Assembly (NCBI GenBank): GCA_002633005.1
Contig: NMRA01000044.1
Span: forward strand, 778,074 to 842,073
DNA: 64,000 nt
From: Phoronis australis
Lineage: Eukaryota > Animalia > Phoronida
Direction: 5' to 3'
Below the pieces are notes generated by a model. The model worked only from the letters and a program-made list of their open reading frames with translations. It searched no databases and had not been told where the DNA came from. Below, piece by piece: positions 25,885-39,200 of the stretch; position 1 is the first letter of the stretch; the number at the start of each line of letters is the position of its first letter. The position numbers and the translations under genes are program-made.

Positions 25885-26354
25885 CGGTGACTGCGATAAA
25901 GAATTCAGGACAGTTTGGGCTGTGAAAGTATTCTTTATCGTGAACATTTTGTGGGCTTACCTCAGGTGCTCACATTTTGACTTTATTTTGTGGACTTCGA
26001 CACTGAAACTACGAGGAGCGCAGTTGCTTTCGACCAAAGAGACTGCTATCTTCAGTCTGACTGTTAAAAATACGGACTCCGTTATTTGTGTTGCGCGAAG
26101 CTCGTGCTCTGTTTGGTCGGAGAATCCGGGTACGTTTCATCAAAATGTTTACGAAGTATGAGGGAAACCGCCTCGACACGTAGTAATGTGGAAAGTCTCT
26201 GAAATTTGAAAAAATGGTCTGTTTTGTGACCCGGCATGATTGCGGAAAAAACTCCGAAAGACACCAACCTGTAATCTGTACACAATGGCTAACAAGTTTT
26301 CGTGACGGCCGCAGAGTTAAACGATCGCATGACCTACTTCGTTTCAGATTAAAG

Positions 26355-26490
26355 ATGGCGCCGACTAGGACCTAGCTAAAATCTGGCTACAGTCACGTGC
26401 TCTGATTTAAAATACACGGCGATATCTCACGTAATCTCGCAGTCTTGCTTTTTAGCGAGGTCCTAGGGTTACTGAATGGGAAGCTGGTTC
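26355..26490 (-). repeat. Short palindromic MITE-like repeat (CTAGGACC family), copy 1
   Basis: Reverse-complement homology to 49292-49451 and 46280-46420. Confidence 0.65.
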
Positions 26491-28494
26491 TCGGACCTCC
26501 ATGACGTCACGGATAACGTGTGAAGGCCCAGGTCAAAGGTAAACTTGGTAACGGTCCAAGCCTTTCCCAAGTGTGCTTGGAAACTAAAATTAGCTGCACA
26601 TAGAAATAATCGTTAATTAACACAGGAATCACGTTTTTCACTTCATATTCTCCAGTTTCCCTGCCTGAACACATTCCAGGTAATTATCAAGTGTGCTGAA
26701 TGTTTCACCAACTTGGCAACTGGCTAGACTATTTTAGTTGTGTCAGTGAAATAAAACAGGGAAATGGGCAAACTATGTCGAACAGCACAAATATATAACT
26801 TTTGTTGTGGGTGTATCAAAAAGCGTGACATTCTGATCTTGTTGTGGGATGCTGGACAAAGTTTCAACAAGTTCGTCATTTTCACCAGAAACGTGTGCTA
26901 TGTTTTCACCGTCTACACAGTATTCACTCCCTAAGACACCGCAATTTTCTACGCTCCGGGTAGCCACAATTCTCAAGCTACACCCCTCCCCTCGTCGCCT
27001 TGATATTTTCTTCTCATTTCCCTCTTTCAAGCTAGGTTCTGTGGCTTTGAGGTTGGCCCCCGCACAACCTGAGGCTCCTGAGTCTTTCAGATCACCTTGG
27101 GTAAATTCGGAACGTCAAATTTCTCCTCGGAAGTGAACTTTTAAGTTAAAACTTGTGGGACTTTCAGACTTAGTGGAGAATGATTGGTCATAATGACCAT
27201 AGTTCCAACATATACTGAAAACATTTATCTTCAAGGGCATCAAGAGACCTTGGGTGTTTTCACCTAATAAGTAAACGCTATCTGCTCATGTGCGGACTTC
27301 AATTAGCCTATTATTCTGAAGACTGAAAATAACATGTCTTGCCATTTTATGGATAACGTTCATCGCCAAGAGGATATTTGAGGCTACGAAAGTACCCGAA
27401 GGGTTCTGTAAGTAGGAAAATAGCCGAGATGCTCTAGATGTTCCGATGGTGAATTTGTAGCTACAAAAATACCCAGGTGTCCCAAATGGTCCCCAAGCTT
27501 TAGTTTTATGCATAACCTAGTATTAGAAGAATCTCCACCTATTTAGACAGTGGCTAAACAATCATTGGCCGGAACTCAAACAACAAAGGTTTGTGGTCCG
27601 ACTTTTGGAGTTCAGTGAAAATGTACTAAGCCTAATGTTCAGCTGTTTTATTTTCTCACATTAAGCTTGAAGGAGTCTGCTCAGAAATTCCTGTTGTCAA
27701 AAATGAGTGTCTGGATACCAAAGCTTTAAAAATACAGATATCGTACTAAACCCCTTCTGCAGTTGGAAAAGGGTATCTTCTGCAGTGTTTTTAACTCCTA
27801 GAATGAAACCTGTAGTATTCCTAAGAAAAAGTTTGCTTTAGTAGGGATTTTTTCAAGCACCATTTTGTAGAGAAATTGTTTGCGAAAAATCACCCAGCTG
27901 AGTGTCATGTCCTGTATAAACGTGTGTGAGTACCCCCTTGGAATGGTTTCATGAGGGTACTCTAAAACCCTATACCTAACAATGTGGGTTGAACATCTTG
28001 GAAAGTACAAACACAATTGTCTATTTCAGAATGTGCTCCTCAGATGGTGTTTTCTGGCTTCCAGATTCCCTTCGAATTAAATTTCTTCAAGCTGTTATGA
28101 ACGTGTCTTCTATGAAAAAGAATAAATTTTGCTCTGAACAACTTATCACTGTGTACCGGGATTGGAATGACTAATGGCAAGAGGAAAAAATTCCAGTTGT
28201 TGTCCCGTTCCACAAATAAATAGGCTCGCGTAAGAAGTATTTTTTGTGTTGTAAAATTTAACTGAAATAAATGTTTTTGCATGAGTCAAAATAATCTTAA
28301 AAAGAGGAAGCTGGAAATCAAGTAAGACGAAATCAAAACAAAAAATAGGAAGTCCTCTCAAAAGAGAAAAATTCTTGTATATATCCTTGTCTCAACGTGT
28401 TCCTTAGTGGACTTGAAAGAACTCAAACTTTGTTATTGCTCAAAAGCATGGTTGGTGCACTTTGACCCGCGTGGTCAATCCAGGTTGTTTCGCC

Positions 28495-28960
28495 AGGAGA
28501 AACTAAGCATGTTAATTATCCAGTAGAAGTCATTCTTCCTGTCGTAGAATTCTGATTTAATCATCTTATTACGTAACTTTCACGTGTTATTATTAAATTT
28601 ATGGTGCACTGTGTGTTGAATTGTCTTCGTGGTGGTCTCTGATTTCACCAGTTTCATATAGCATGTTCATAGAGCAAAGATAACGGGGTCAAAATGACAT
28701 CTTAACGGTAAATCTACATAATTTCAATCAACACAATTGCCCAGAAGTCAGCAAGGCTCCGCAATGTATGCTTACCATCATAATATTCTGAAAGCTTGGT
28801 GGTGACCTTTGATTTTGTGAGGTGTTCCTTTCACAAATTGTTATCATTGCGTAATCAAGGATCATGAGAAACTAAGCAAGTTAATTATCCAGTAGAAGTC
28901 ATTCTTCCTGTCGTAGAATTCTGATTTAGTCATCTTATTACGTAACTTTCACGTGTTGAT
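28495..28960 (+). repeat. Local direct duplication of about 95 bp (28495-28590 and 28865-28960)
   Basis: GAGAAACTAAGCA..TTATCCAGTAGAAGTCATTCTTCCTGTCGTAGAATTCTG..CACGTGTT occurs twice. Confidence 0.8.
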
Positions 28961-29957
28961 TACTTCCACCTATTCATACAAGGTACTGAACACAGTTAGG
29001 TTACAATCATGAGCTATTTTAGTGTCTAGTATTTAAATAAAGGGGTGTCGGGTTTGGTGGCTGTTTTGAGGAATGCGCTCAAAACAATTTCAAGAAAAAC
29101 GATTTGCTTGTGCTTTTGAATGAGAAAAGCCAAGTGTTTTAGTCGTGACCTACTCTTGATCCAAAATGGTGGTTGCAGTTTTCTTTCAACCCTGTCGCCT
29201 GCTGTCGAGAAATCGACGGGGTGTGATTTCACGGATGGCTGTCAAACAGATCAAAATTGCCCAAGAAGTCAGCTGGTAAGGAGCGCACTGTGACCACGTT
29301 TTTAGAATCTAGAGAGAACAAGCTCTCTGAATCTGTAGTCAGATTTTTTCTAGCACTTGCAGGGAAGTGGTAGTTTTGGAAAGAAAAGTGTCAAATTTGG
29401 GGGTTTCTATGCCGTGATTTTTTCGTTGTGAATTAATGAATTAAAAATCTGTAGCATAATTAAGTTTCAATAATCATGAGTAGTGCTTGTGAGTTGGGAA
29501 TGCTACAAAACCTTTTGTTTTTTCAGACTCTTGATGAGGATGTGAGGTAAGGACTCATCACCACTTAGATGTACGTCGGCATCTAAAACCCTGTAATAAC
29601 GGTAGTGTCCCTCCTGAGCTCCCAGAATTGTTTGTGAGCATAGCTTTCCCGTACACGTACATCTAATTTGATTGGTCGATTATTATGTCGTGTAGCCTTT
29701 ATGTGTATTTCTCAGTTATTTCAAGAGTTTTCTACGTGATCAACAGGGTGCGTCATGATCTAGACTCTGCATTAGTCTGTATTCAGATTTATTTCAGTTT
29801 TACTCAGCTAGGCCACATAGCTAAACCGTATGTTATCCTACGCCATATTTTTCAATATTTGACCTTTTATTACGACCATTACAAACGCGTACTTCACATG
29901 TCATATTCGGCAACTGTTTTAGTTGCAACCAAAACAAATGTCGTCTACCTCAACATT

Positions 29958-29963
29958 TTTATT
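29958..29963 (-). terminator. Polyadenylation signal AATAAA, copy C
   Basis: Paralogous position. Confidence 0.6.
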
Positions 29964-30088
29964 CATCATTAATGTAGTACACATTCGTACATTCATTTAA
30001 ATTGCACGTGTATGTCTTGCTTGTCACCTTTTACAATTCTTGTCTCAAATTCGATAGAATTTCACTGAGAATAATTCTACGACCCCAT

Positions 30089-30285
30089 TCAGACGGGGCA
30101 TTTAACATCTGCAGGATACTCGCATCGACACGACCTGGTGGTGAACAGCAAACCCGCGGGACAGACTTGAGTGAAAGCAGGTTGTCCGGCAATGGATTGT
30201 TGGAATGTGGCGCAGCCGCTATTTGGGACGTAGTGGTTTGGTATGCCCTCTATTATCCGATCACAATACATAGGATCGACGACGG
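30089..30285 (-). CDS. Copy C exon 4: CBM14-like domain
   Basis: Acceptor tttcag, TGA stop. Confidence 0.85.
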
Positions 30286-33200
30286 CTGAAACAAAGATAA
30301 CACTTCGACAATGGTGATTTCAACTTTCAGTCATTAGGGATTTACAAATATTTTCTTATTGATGAGTATATTTATAATTTTACTTTGTGGTTATAGTTAA
30401 CAAAAATGGATAACATTACTGTCTAGAAATCGATTTAACGTTACATCTAGGCAACAGGTAAACAGAAATGAATAAGTATAGTGTCTGCTTTCTTCACTCA
30501 AAGGTTCGAATCCCCCTGGGACATATTGCTAGACCATGTACTAAGGTCCCTAACTCCTCAGCTAGGTTTTAACTATATATTGAAAAAGCAACTGGTTCCA
30601 GGTGATCTGTGCAAGGGGCCCACCTGAGCGGCCTGTCCACGTCTGGTACAACGTGTATCAGACCGCCTACAATTATTTTTAAACAACACAAAACACTAAT
30701 AATACGAATATATACACTATATACACAACCAGCTACGCAATAGTTACACAGTTTATCGTTAGTCACATGAACACATATAGATATCGTCAAGAAAAAATAT
30801 AACCTGGTTTTGTAAAGTAATTTGAATTCATAGCAGTTACAATGTACTTGCTATAAAGATAGGCTTAAGGTACCACCATAGTTGGGAACCTCACTAATGA
30901 GTAATTTATTTACGTCATGTGTCAAGTCATGAAAATCGACTCTTAAAAACGTATATGTATCAACCTGTCGTGGAATGGTGTTAATGTTGTCTTTTACATC
31001 GTCAGCAGCCACGAGCATCCGCAACAACGGATGGAACAAATGACAATGGATGAAGGATGGTACAAAAACATAATAAATTAAGATTTTCAGTTTCAGCATG
31101 TCCACAGTGGCAAAGTAGAAAAATATTTTCAAAACCGTTTGCCTGAATTTTAACAGTAATACTGGCCTTAATCCGTTCAAACGAATCTTCTTAGAGGAAT
31201 GATATTTTTTCGCAAAAGTATTGTAAAGTTGAAAATTGGACTTTAGTGACGATAAGTGTTTATTATGTTTATTGGAAAATGTTCCATGTATCTATGCGGT
31301 TAATGGATCACTGGAGAAAAGAGTTCATTACTCCCGGATTTTCTTGATTCTTCCTGTGTTTTAAAGTACAAGTACATTTCAAGATCGGAGCGTATTGCTT
31401 TCTTAGACTAGACGTGTACTGAACGAGAGTTTGAATTGTAGAACGTCAAACAGGATAAAGTTGGTCTATCTTGTATTCTCATCAACGGCAGACAGTTCTC
31501 AGTGGGTTGCTTGTCAAAAAGATGACTAAAATAAAACTTGAACCATTAAGATCAGTTAAATTTCCCGAATATTTCTTATAAGAACTGTTCTTAGCATTAT
31601 CTGGTGGGTCCTGATGGCGGGTCTCTCAACGCCGGGATGTCTGAATTTTTTTTTTTTGGTTGCGGTGGGCCCCCGATTCCGAGGAGTTTAGTTAAACTAG
31701 CACTTTTAAAATCAAGTCGAGGTCCGGCTTGATATACATATAGATATCAAGTACTTTTTCCCAAAATATTCCAAGAAAATTTGGTGGGCAATACTACTGG
31801 AAACTAAAAACATCAAGATTGTGCAAAGACTTTCTAAGTTAATGAGCAATGCGTTTAATTTGATTTAAGGACCGGAGATTAAAAAGAAATTAAAATTTCA
31901 TTTTATCAATGGTTTGTAAATTCAAATGTGAATACATTTTCGGGACACCTTGTAGAACTGATCGAATTTCATCAAAAGTTCTTTCAAATAGACAAGAATC
32001 GTTTAGATCGTCTCTAGTGTACTTTGCTTTTCTGGGGATCACGTGATGGATCGGATTTATCCAACTTCAGCCAGTAAGTACATACGTTCACTGAAGTATC
32101 ACCAGTTCTTACAAGATTAGATTTCATTTGTCAAACACCATCTATAAATCAGTCGATTTTCCTATATCCATAAAGATGTAAACCAGAAACCAACAAATTC
32201 GTCAAAATGGAACAATTGTTCCGGAAGGAATGCTTGCAGATGCTTGACTGGCAACCGGGGAGATATATGGGAGACTGGGCACAAGTTTCGGGTGTCCCTC
32301 AAGACAGTTTCCGAATTCATTGGTGTTTTAACAGCAATAAACTCGGAAATTTTCTGTTAAAACTTGAATTTTGATTCATTCCAGAGGTGGCTATTAGGGT
32401 TTACGAATTAAACTTGAACTCTAAAAATCATTGACCAAACTGCAAACATATTAGCTGCACCACAAGTTCCCAGAGTTTAGAGGCACGCCCACATGATCTG
32501 GTACTCAGTAGTGTAGTTTGGTCATCATGTTTGGAAGGATGTCGGTGCCTGTGTGGAGTTTACGCGTGCTGGTCAGGGGATTTGTACCGTGGGTACGGTG
32601 TCTGCTGGTTCAAGGCTGGATTTAAGGTTACCGTAGCTGGATTTAAGAAGCTCGATAGTGGAATTATTTGTACCCGTGAATTATGATTGCACTGGATGTC
32701 TTAACTGTCTACATAACTGTTTATTTCATTTTAAGAAATTGAACGACAAGGGATACAATTACTGCCCGCAAATCGATAACGTTATATGCAGGCAGGTTAA
32801 CAATTATACTAACGATAAATACAAAAAGGATGATTACTGACAGATATCAAAATTACAAAGAGACAATTTCTATTTTATAACAACATAATACGACCTACTA
32901 ACAGAAGAACACGCGTAAAAACACAGAAAGGCTATCTCAGTGAGGCTGTTAAGAAATTAAAATTTGAGATTGATATCATGAATGAAAGTGGATACTATGT
33001 CTATAAGAAAGATATTGCGATCTAAGTTCTAAGTTAAGTTGATGCAAACCATAAAGTGAAAATGAAGCACGTTGGGTTCGGTGTGGTAAATGGAAGTGAC
33101 ATCAATATTTGAATCAAGCGCATGGAACAGATGACCATGATCTATTTGACTGACATGACATTTAAGAAAAAATATTAACACTATTCAAGGAGCCCTATTT

Positions 33201-36200
33201 ACAAACAAATTGTGTCTCTTGAAAGCTTCAGAGTATTCAGATTCCAGTTAAGAGAGTTAAACTGGTTAAAAATAAACACCGAGAAACCAAAACTGTGCTT
33301 ATACAGATCTGTTAAGAATGACTATTGTGTGGAAGAGTATTTACGTCTGTCGGTGTCTCAGAGGTCCGTCATAGCTCGATTGAGAGCAGGTAAAAACGAA
33401 ATTGAAGATGAAGTTCATTTCATCTTTGATTGTGAAAAGTATTCTCATATTCGACCATTTATATGGGGTTCTGCCCTACCTCAAGTATTCCAAAATAACT
33501 TGAAAGGTATAGCAAAATTCCTTCAAGAAGCTTTGCAGCTGAGAAATAATTATTTGTTTGTAAATTAGTCTGAAGTTGTCAGATTTGAGTGTGTGCATTA
33601 TGTTATGTTAAGATTTAATTTTTATTAGGTGGCTGAGGAGGCCATTGTGGCTGGGGAGTGTGGTGAATATTCAGTACCTGAAATCATGTATTTACTGGCA
33701 CACTTATGTCACTATAATAAATGAATAATAATAATAATACAAACATTTGATTCATCTTGTAAATTATGTTGAAATTTTTGAGACCAGCTCGTAATTGATT
33801 ATTTTATTTCTGAATTTATTTGTTTTTTCGAAATATAATAACCATATTTACAGCTAAATAAGATACTGTTTACGCTTCATTTAAAAACATTATAATATGG
33901 ATTTTATCGCACTGGTTAGTTCATAAGCCCAAATAATACCCATTCAATACAAATTCAAATATTTCAAACTGACGAAACTTAACCTGAGTTCTAAATAGGT
34001 GGATGTAAAGTAGTGGTATCTTCAATCTGACATAAAACGCAAAAAACAGATTAAAATGCATTATTCAAAGTGGTTCTTAGAAGGTAAACTATTCACCGGG
34101 AATTTTTACGGTTTGTTGTGAAGATTTTGAATTCTGTTGATGCCAAAGCATTTTCCTTTAGATTCAAATTTCAAATAACGATCTGTCATTTCGTAGATTT
34201 TTCTCTCACATGGCAAACCAAGTCTACTTATTTGCTATGGCAAGGTCTTTGACTTTCCTTGTCAAAGCGATGGCGATTATGGCCTTGGAAAATGTTGATT
34301 GGGTACTTTTTTTAGTACATGCACGCATGTATATAGTTAGGGGCGATAATTTGAAAACTATTGTGATGAAAAAGTTCATTTTTCGTCTTTGTTTAAATAA
34401 TAGTGAATCAGACAATTTTCCTAGAAATTCTTGCAATATTCAAAGTGAATAACTCTCACTTAAGCCTCCCCCAAGAGGCAGGTCTGTTTAAAAGGTGTTT
34501 TCACGAGATTTAGCGTTCCATGGGTCTTTAAGATTCTGATCCGATTAGTTGATTTTAACTTGATGAAAGAATACATTTTCAAAGCCCTGTATTCAAATGA
34601 ATATCCATCATCTGGTAAGATTTCATAACATACCTTTGCACACAAGAGGAGTGAGTGTGTCAACTAAGCTGGTCAAATTTCCCACGGAAAGCCAGAACAC
34701 GTTAGACGGTGAGCCCCCGATAGCTGAAATCTCATTCCACCCGCTCTGCCACGTGCCAGCACCGATAGCAAATAGCGATATTCCTCTTTGGCGAGCGATG
34801 TCTGAACGATTTTTTGCCACGTACTCGTTTGTCCGACCGTCAGTCACCACAATACCAATCTTCTTTGCATTTGGTCTACCTCCTCTTGCGGCGGTGAAAT
34901 ATATTGTGTACATTTCTTCAATAGCTATTCCACTACGATAGTCTGTGACACAGCTCTTAACTGCTGGGAAATTAGGAGACTTCAAAGCCTACAAGATTGA
35001 ATCAACAGTTTCGACATCGACGTGCCAAGAGACAATTTGAACACAGACGTCTTTGCGTGCAAATACATGGGCGACGCAGCAATGAAATAAGTGGGGATAT
35101 AGCCCACCCCTCGGATCCCTATGGTACGCCCCCCATGAAATAATCTCTAAAATATTCATTGTCAGGCATTAGTTTTATGAAACAAAATTGATGCTTATAA
35201 ATATCTGAAAGAAGTATTTTTTCCTTCAAATGTGTCATCCCTAGTTGATTTTTAAAGCAGCAGTAAGGTGCAGTAGACTGCAGACTCAGCCTGGATGGAC
35301 AAAATGCTGCCATTACTTTGCACTATTTGGGCGAAAGATAGATTAAACTTCCTATTGGCATTTTCACAAAATGATTACATGTGTCCAATATGAGTAAGTT
35401 TATAATAATAACGGTTACTTTTCTGCTCTCGTTGTTATGATTGGTCAAGAGAGTAGCTGCCTTTGAGCATTTCTCTTGCACTACTTTCGCTTGCGTTCAT
35501 TATAAAATGATACCAACACACCCCATTCTCACCATTTGTGTAGATAATGCAACGCTGAATGTCAAAGTTAGAAGAAAATTGAAATAATAAATGTACTGCG
35601 GTTCAAACACGACTGTTTATAGACGGGCAATGTTGTCGGCCTCTGTAATTTTACATTCCGTGGCAGTCTGGTGAAACTGGGGGCCAAGTTCGAAAAAGCA
35701 TGAGACACTGTTTCGAAAAATGACTATGGGGAGCAGAAACGATTTCGTTTCAAGTTTTGTTACCAAGTCAGATAATAGGAAACTCACATTGAGTAACGTG
35801 ACGTTGCTTTGGTACTGGTCCAAATCAAAACACTTCCCGTTGTGTGGGAAGGAAATGACTCCTACTTGAAACTTGTTGGGTCCAATCTCAAACCCCGACA
35901 CGGTATCGTGTAACACCGACAGTACGTGGCCATAGTTGCCGCCCATGCTGCCCGAGTTGTCGATAGCAATCATCACGTCCGCTTGGCCATTGCAGAGGGA
36001 TTCGACTGAAACACGAAAACTGTTTAGCGTCAAGTATTTGCCGTAAAAATCATTGAGAACTTGAACCTTTTAAGGTTCAAGTTCTCAATGATTGCAGAGT
36101 TGTTGCAGAGATTTTAAAAAATCTCTGCAACAATAAATACGTTTTTCGTCCAAAGGCGAGGCTTTGATTTAGACCACTTTGCACTATGAAATTGTTTGTT

Positions 36201-39200
36201 ACACAGACGGGAAGTAATTTCTAGGCTTGCAAAGAACTGGCAGTTCGTAATCTCTTGACACTAAGCTCGGCACCGCACCCGTTGACATGCTAAGTTGTAG
36301 GGTCTGGTCTGGAGCAAAAACAAACTGTGAGCTCTTTCGAAGCTTTTGAATCGAATCCAGTTTGACTAAGGGACAGTTCAAGAGTGATGTCACAAAACTG
36401 TGTGATCTAGATCAAACATTATTTTTGTGATGGAAGGCGGGTTTCCAGCCGCTTTAAACGCTTGCTAATCTGTTCAGTATTTCTTAGCTTACGTTAACTC
36501 GTTAAAACTTGCGAATGACTTGAGTTGTCGCGTTCAAAATATTTCTAGAAATAAATTAAAAACCTAACTTCTGCATTAAAATGCTAAAATTCCATCTATG
36601 TAAAAAGTATTTGAGGTATTTTAGGCGGGCTCTAAATGTGATGGAAAAAGAGCCACAAAACTTATGGGAAACATCTAAACAAAAACATTCAGCGAGTTCT
36701 CACGCGGTAATGAGAGCCGGTGCAGCTGTGTGATTAAAATTTAGAGCCTAACATTGAGTTACTAATCTGAACACCGAGGCCATTTCATGTAGCTAACATC
36801 TGAAGTAAGTGGAGCAGTCGTTGACCTTAATAAATAAGGTTACAAATTTAGCCTACAGATATCCTAGACATGTTTGTTGAATTTTTTTTTATCTTTTATG
36901 GAATAGTTAATCGGATACAGAGTTGGCCTTTAAGCTGAAGGCACACAATACGATTTTGGTGTAACTTATGTCTTACACCTCACCTTAGCTGTTTTAAAAA
37001 TGTGTAGAAAAATCAAATTTTTGCGATGACTTCATGATTTTACGAGCAGCATCTCAAAGAATTTCTATTGTGTTTAGTAATGTGTTAAAGACGTTTTTAA
37101 ACATTTTAAGAACTTTAAAAAGTGCTTAAAATCACCAATTTTTATCAAAAACCCACCAGTTGATCAGCTGTCAAATTAGAACACCCGCAAATACTTACGT
37201 GACGTGATGTTGATAAGTTGACTAGAATGATTGGTGGATGTATACGTGAAACCAACCACAGCACCAGTCCTCCACCACTGTGTTGAGAGTCGGCAGATTT
37301 TGCTTCTCGTCTCCCGTAATTTTGGTATAATAATTAATGACGAGGTGTTGCTTTTGTGGTAACTGCGACAACTTAGTAGTTGGCGACGCTGTGACTCTTT
37401 TCACTTTCCGGCGGGACGTCGGAGAAGCGCGGATGCAACACACGTTGTGTACAAGAGACTCGCGTGCCGGTGGACATGCATGACGCACTGGCGCTGGGTT
37501 CGTTCACACTCACGCCCGTGGAGCAAAGAAATTTCAGTCGAAGTGACGATCTTTTTATTTTCTCATTTTTTGGGATATTGAGTTCACGATTGTAATATGG
37601 AGTGTTATAATGGTTAAATGATGACGACAATGTAGTCAATTGTCAAAACAAAATAAAGGGTGGTTCTAAGCACTTTAATTTAAAGCAGAAGCGTATTTAC
37701 GTTGTCTTAAGCTACTGTCACAAAACTTCGTACGAATTCCTTAGTAAATTTGCATACCAGAGTAGAGGGGGAAAACTGTCTTACAGCTTTTTTACGAAGT
37801 TCACAAGGTTACCGTTCAATTCACAAAACTAACTTAAGAGGTATCCTAGGTCATGCGATTGCGATGGAGTTCTTACGGTCTAAGCGTGTCTTGGGATCAT
37901 TTTACAACATAGAATGTTATATTTCGTAAGTCGTCAGTGCAGCTCTGCTTTGTGCTACTCTCAGCACTCTCGAGTCGTTGTGTCATTGGTAGGAAGACTT
38001 TACAACATCCGTGGAGTCACTGAGTCATTGGTAGGAAGGAAGACGAGACAAATTCCGGCGCATCTTGTCGAAAATATAAATGTTTCTTTTATCCAAAATT
38101 ATGAGTCCAAGGATCGCATCACCTATACCATATTTGGAAAAGGTTCACACAATCAACATATGGAGGAAGATCAAGCGGTTGTAACCACTGTTTACGGTTA
38201 GGTTGTGGCAGGAGGTGCTAGAAAGAAAACGGAGACTCTGTTGGCTGCAACTATTAATCCGAAATATCACCTCTATGAGCAGTTCGAGACTCTGTTCGAT
38301 AAGCTAGACCTCGAGCAACTCGAAGTTTTAGTATCTTCGGGGTAAACCGCTACCCAAAAACCCGCTTGTCATCTTAGTGGGCCAGAGTCCAACTTTCCCG
38401 TGCGTAGGCATGTAATTGGGAAAATATCATATTTAACATAAGAGCCAAGCGGCGGGAGCATCTGAGAAAATTAACACCCTTTGGCCACGTGAAGGTTTGG
38501 CTTCTAGAAGTCGAGACCTTCTGTGAGGAAGCAGTAGATCCACTTCCAACTTGTCCTGCAAATTATGTTTCTCCAACAGTTTTGTTTTCTTGATGATCGA
38601 TTTCCGAACTCGCGGGAAAACAGGAACATAAAAATGAAATCGTGAATGAGAAAGATAAACCGAAAATGCACCCAGTTAGGGAATTAGACGATGGGTTTTC
38701 GAAACTCTGCCACCTCCTCCCTAGTACTGCCAGCACTGTTAGCAAAAAGACCCGGGTTCTAGTCCGGTTGGCTCAGAGATCTTTTCAGAATTAGCTATAG
38801 GCCATGTGGTGTGACCAACATATGTTGTATTGGCACTGGTATTGTGTAAATACCTGGCCTTGTCCCGTCCACCGCGAATTAGTCGGGAGCTTTTCTCCCT
38901 GGTCTACGAGGTCTGCTTCTCTTGGCGTGAAGAGGGGACCCTCGCAAAGGACTGTGACGTGTAAAAGTGGTTCATTGGTCTTTGTTGTATGTTCCCAATT
39001 AGGAGCTTTGATATCTCGGCTCTGCTTCCCACCCATGGCCTTCTTGTGTAGCGCCTTGTGGAACTTTCTCCCAATGATGAAGACCTTGTTAATGGACTTG
39101 CCGTTGGCTACTACCAAGTCGCCTGCCTTCTTATTGTCTTGCAGCACTCGGGACAGGACGCTCACCGTCTGTTATGCGAGATGGAAGTATTGGTTTGGCC

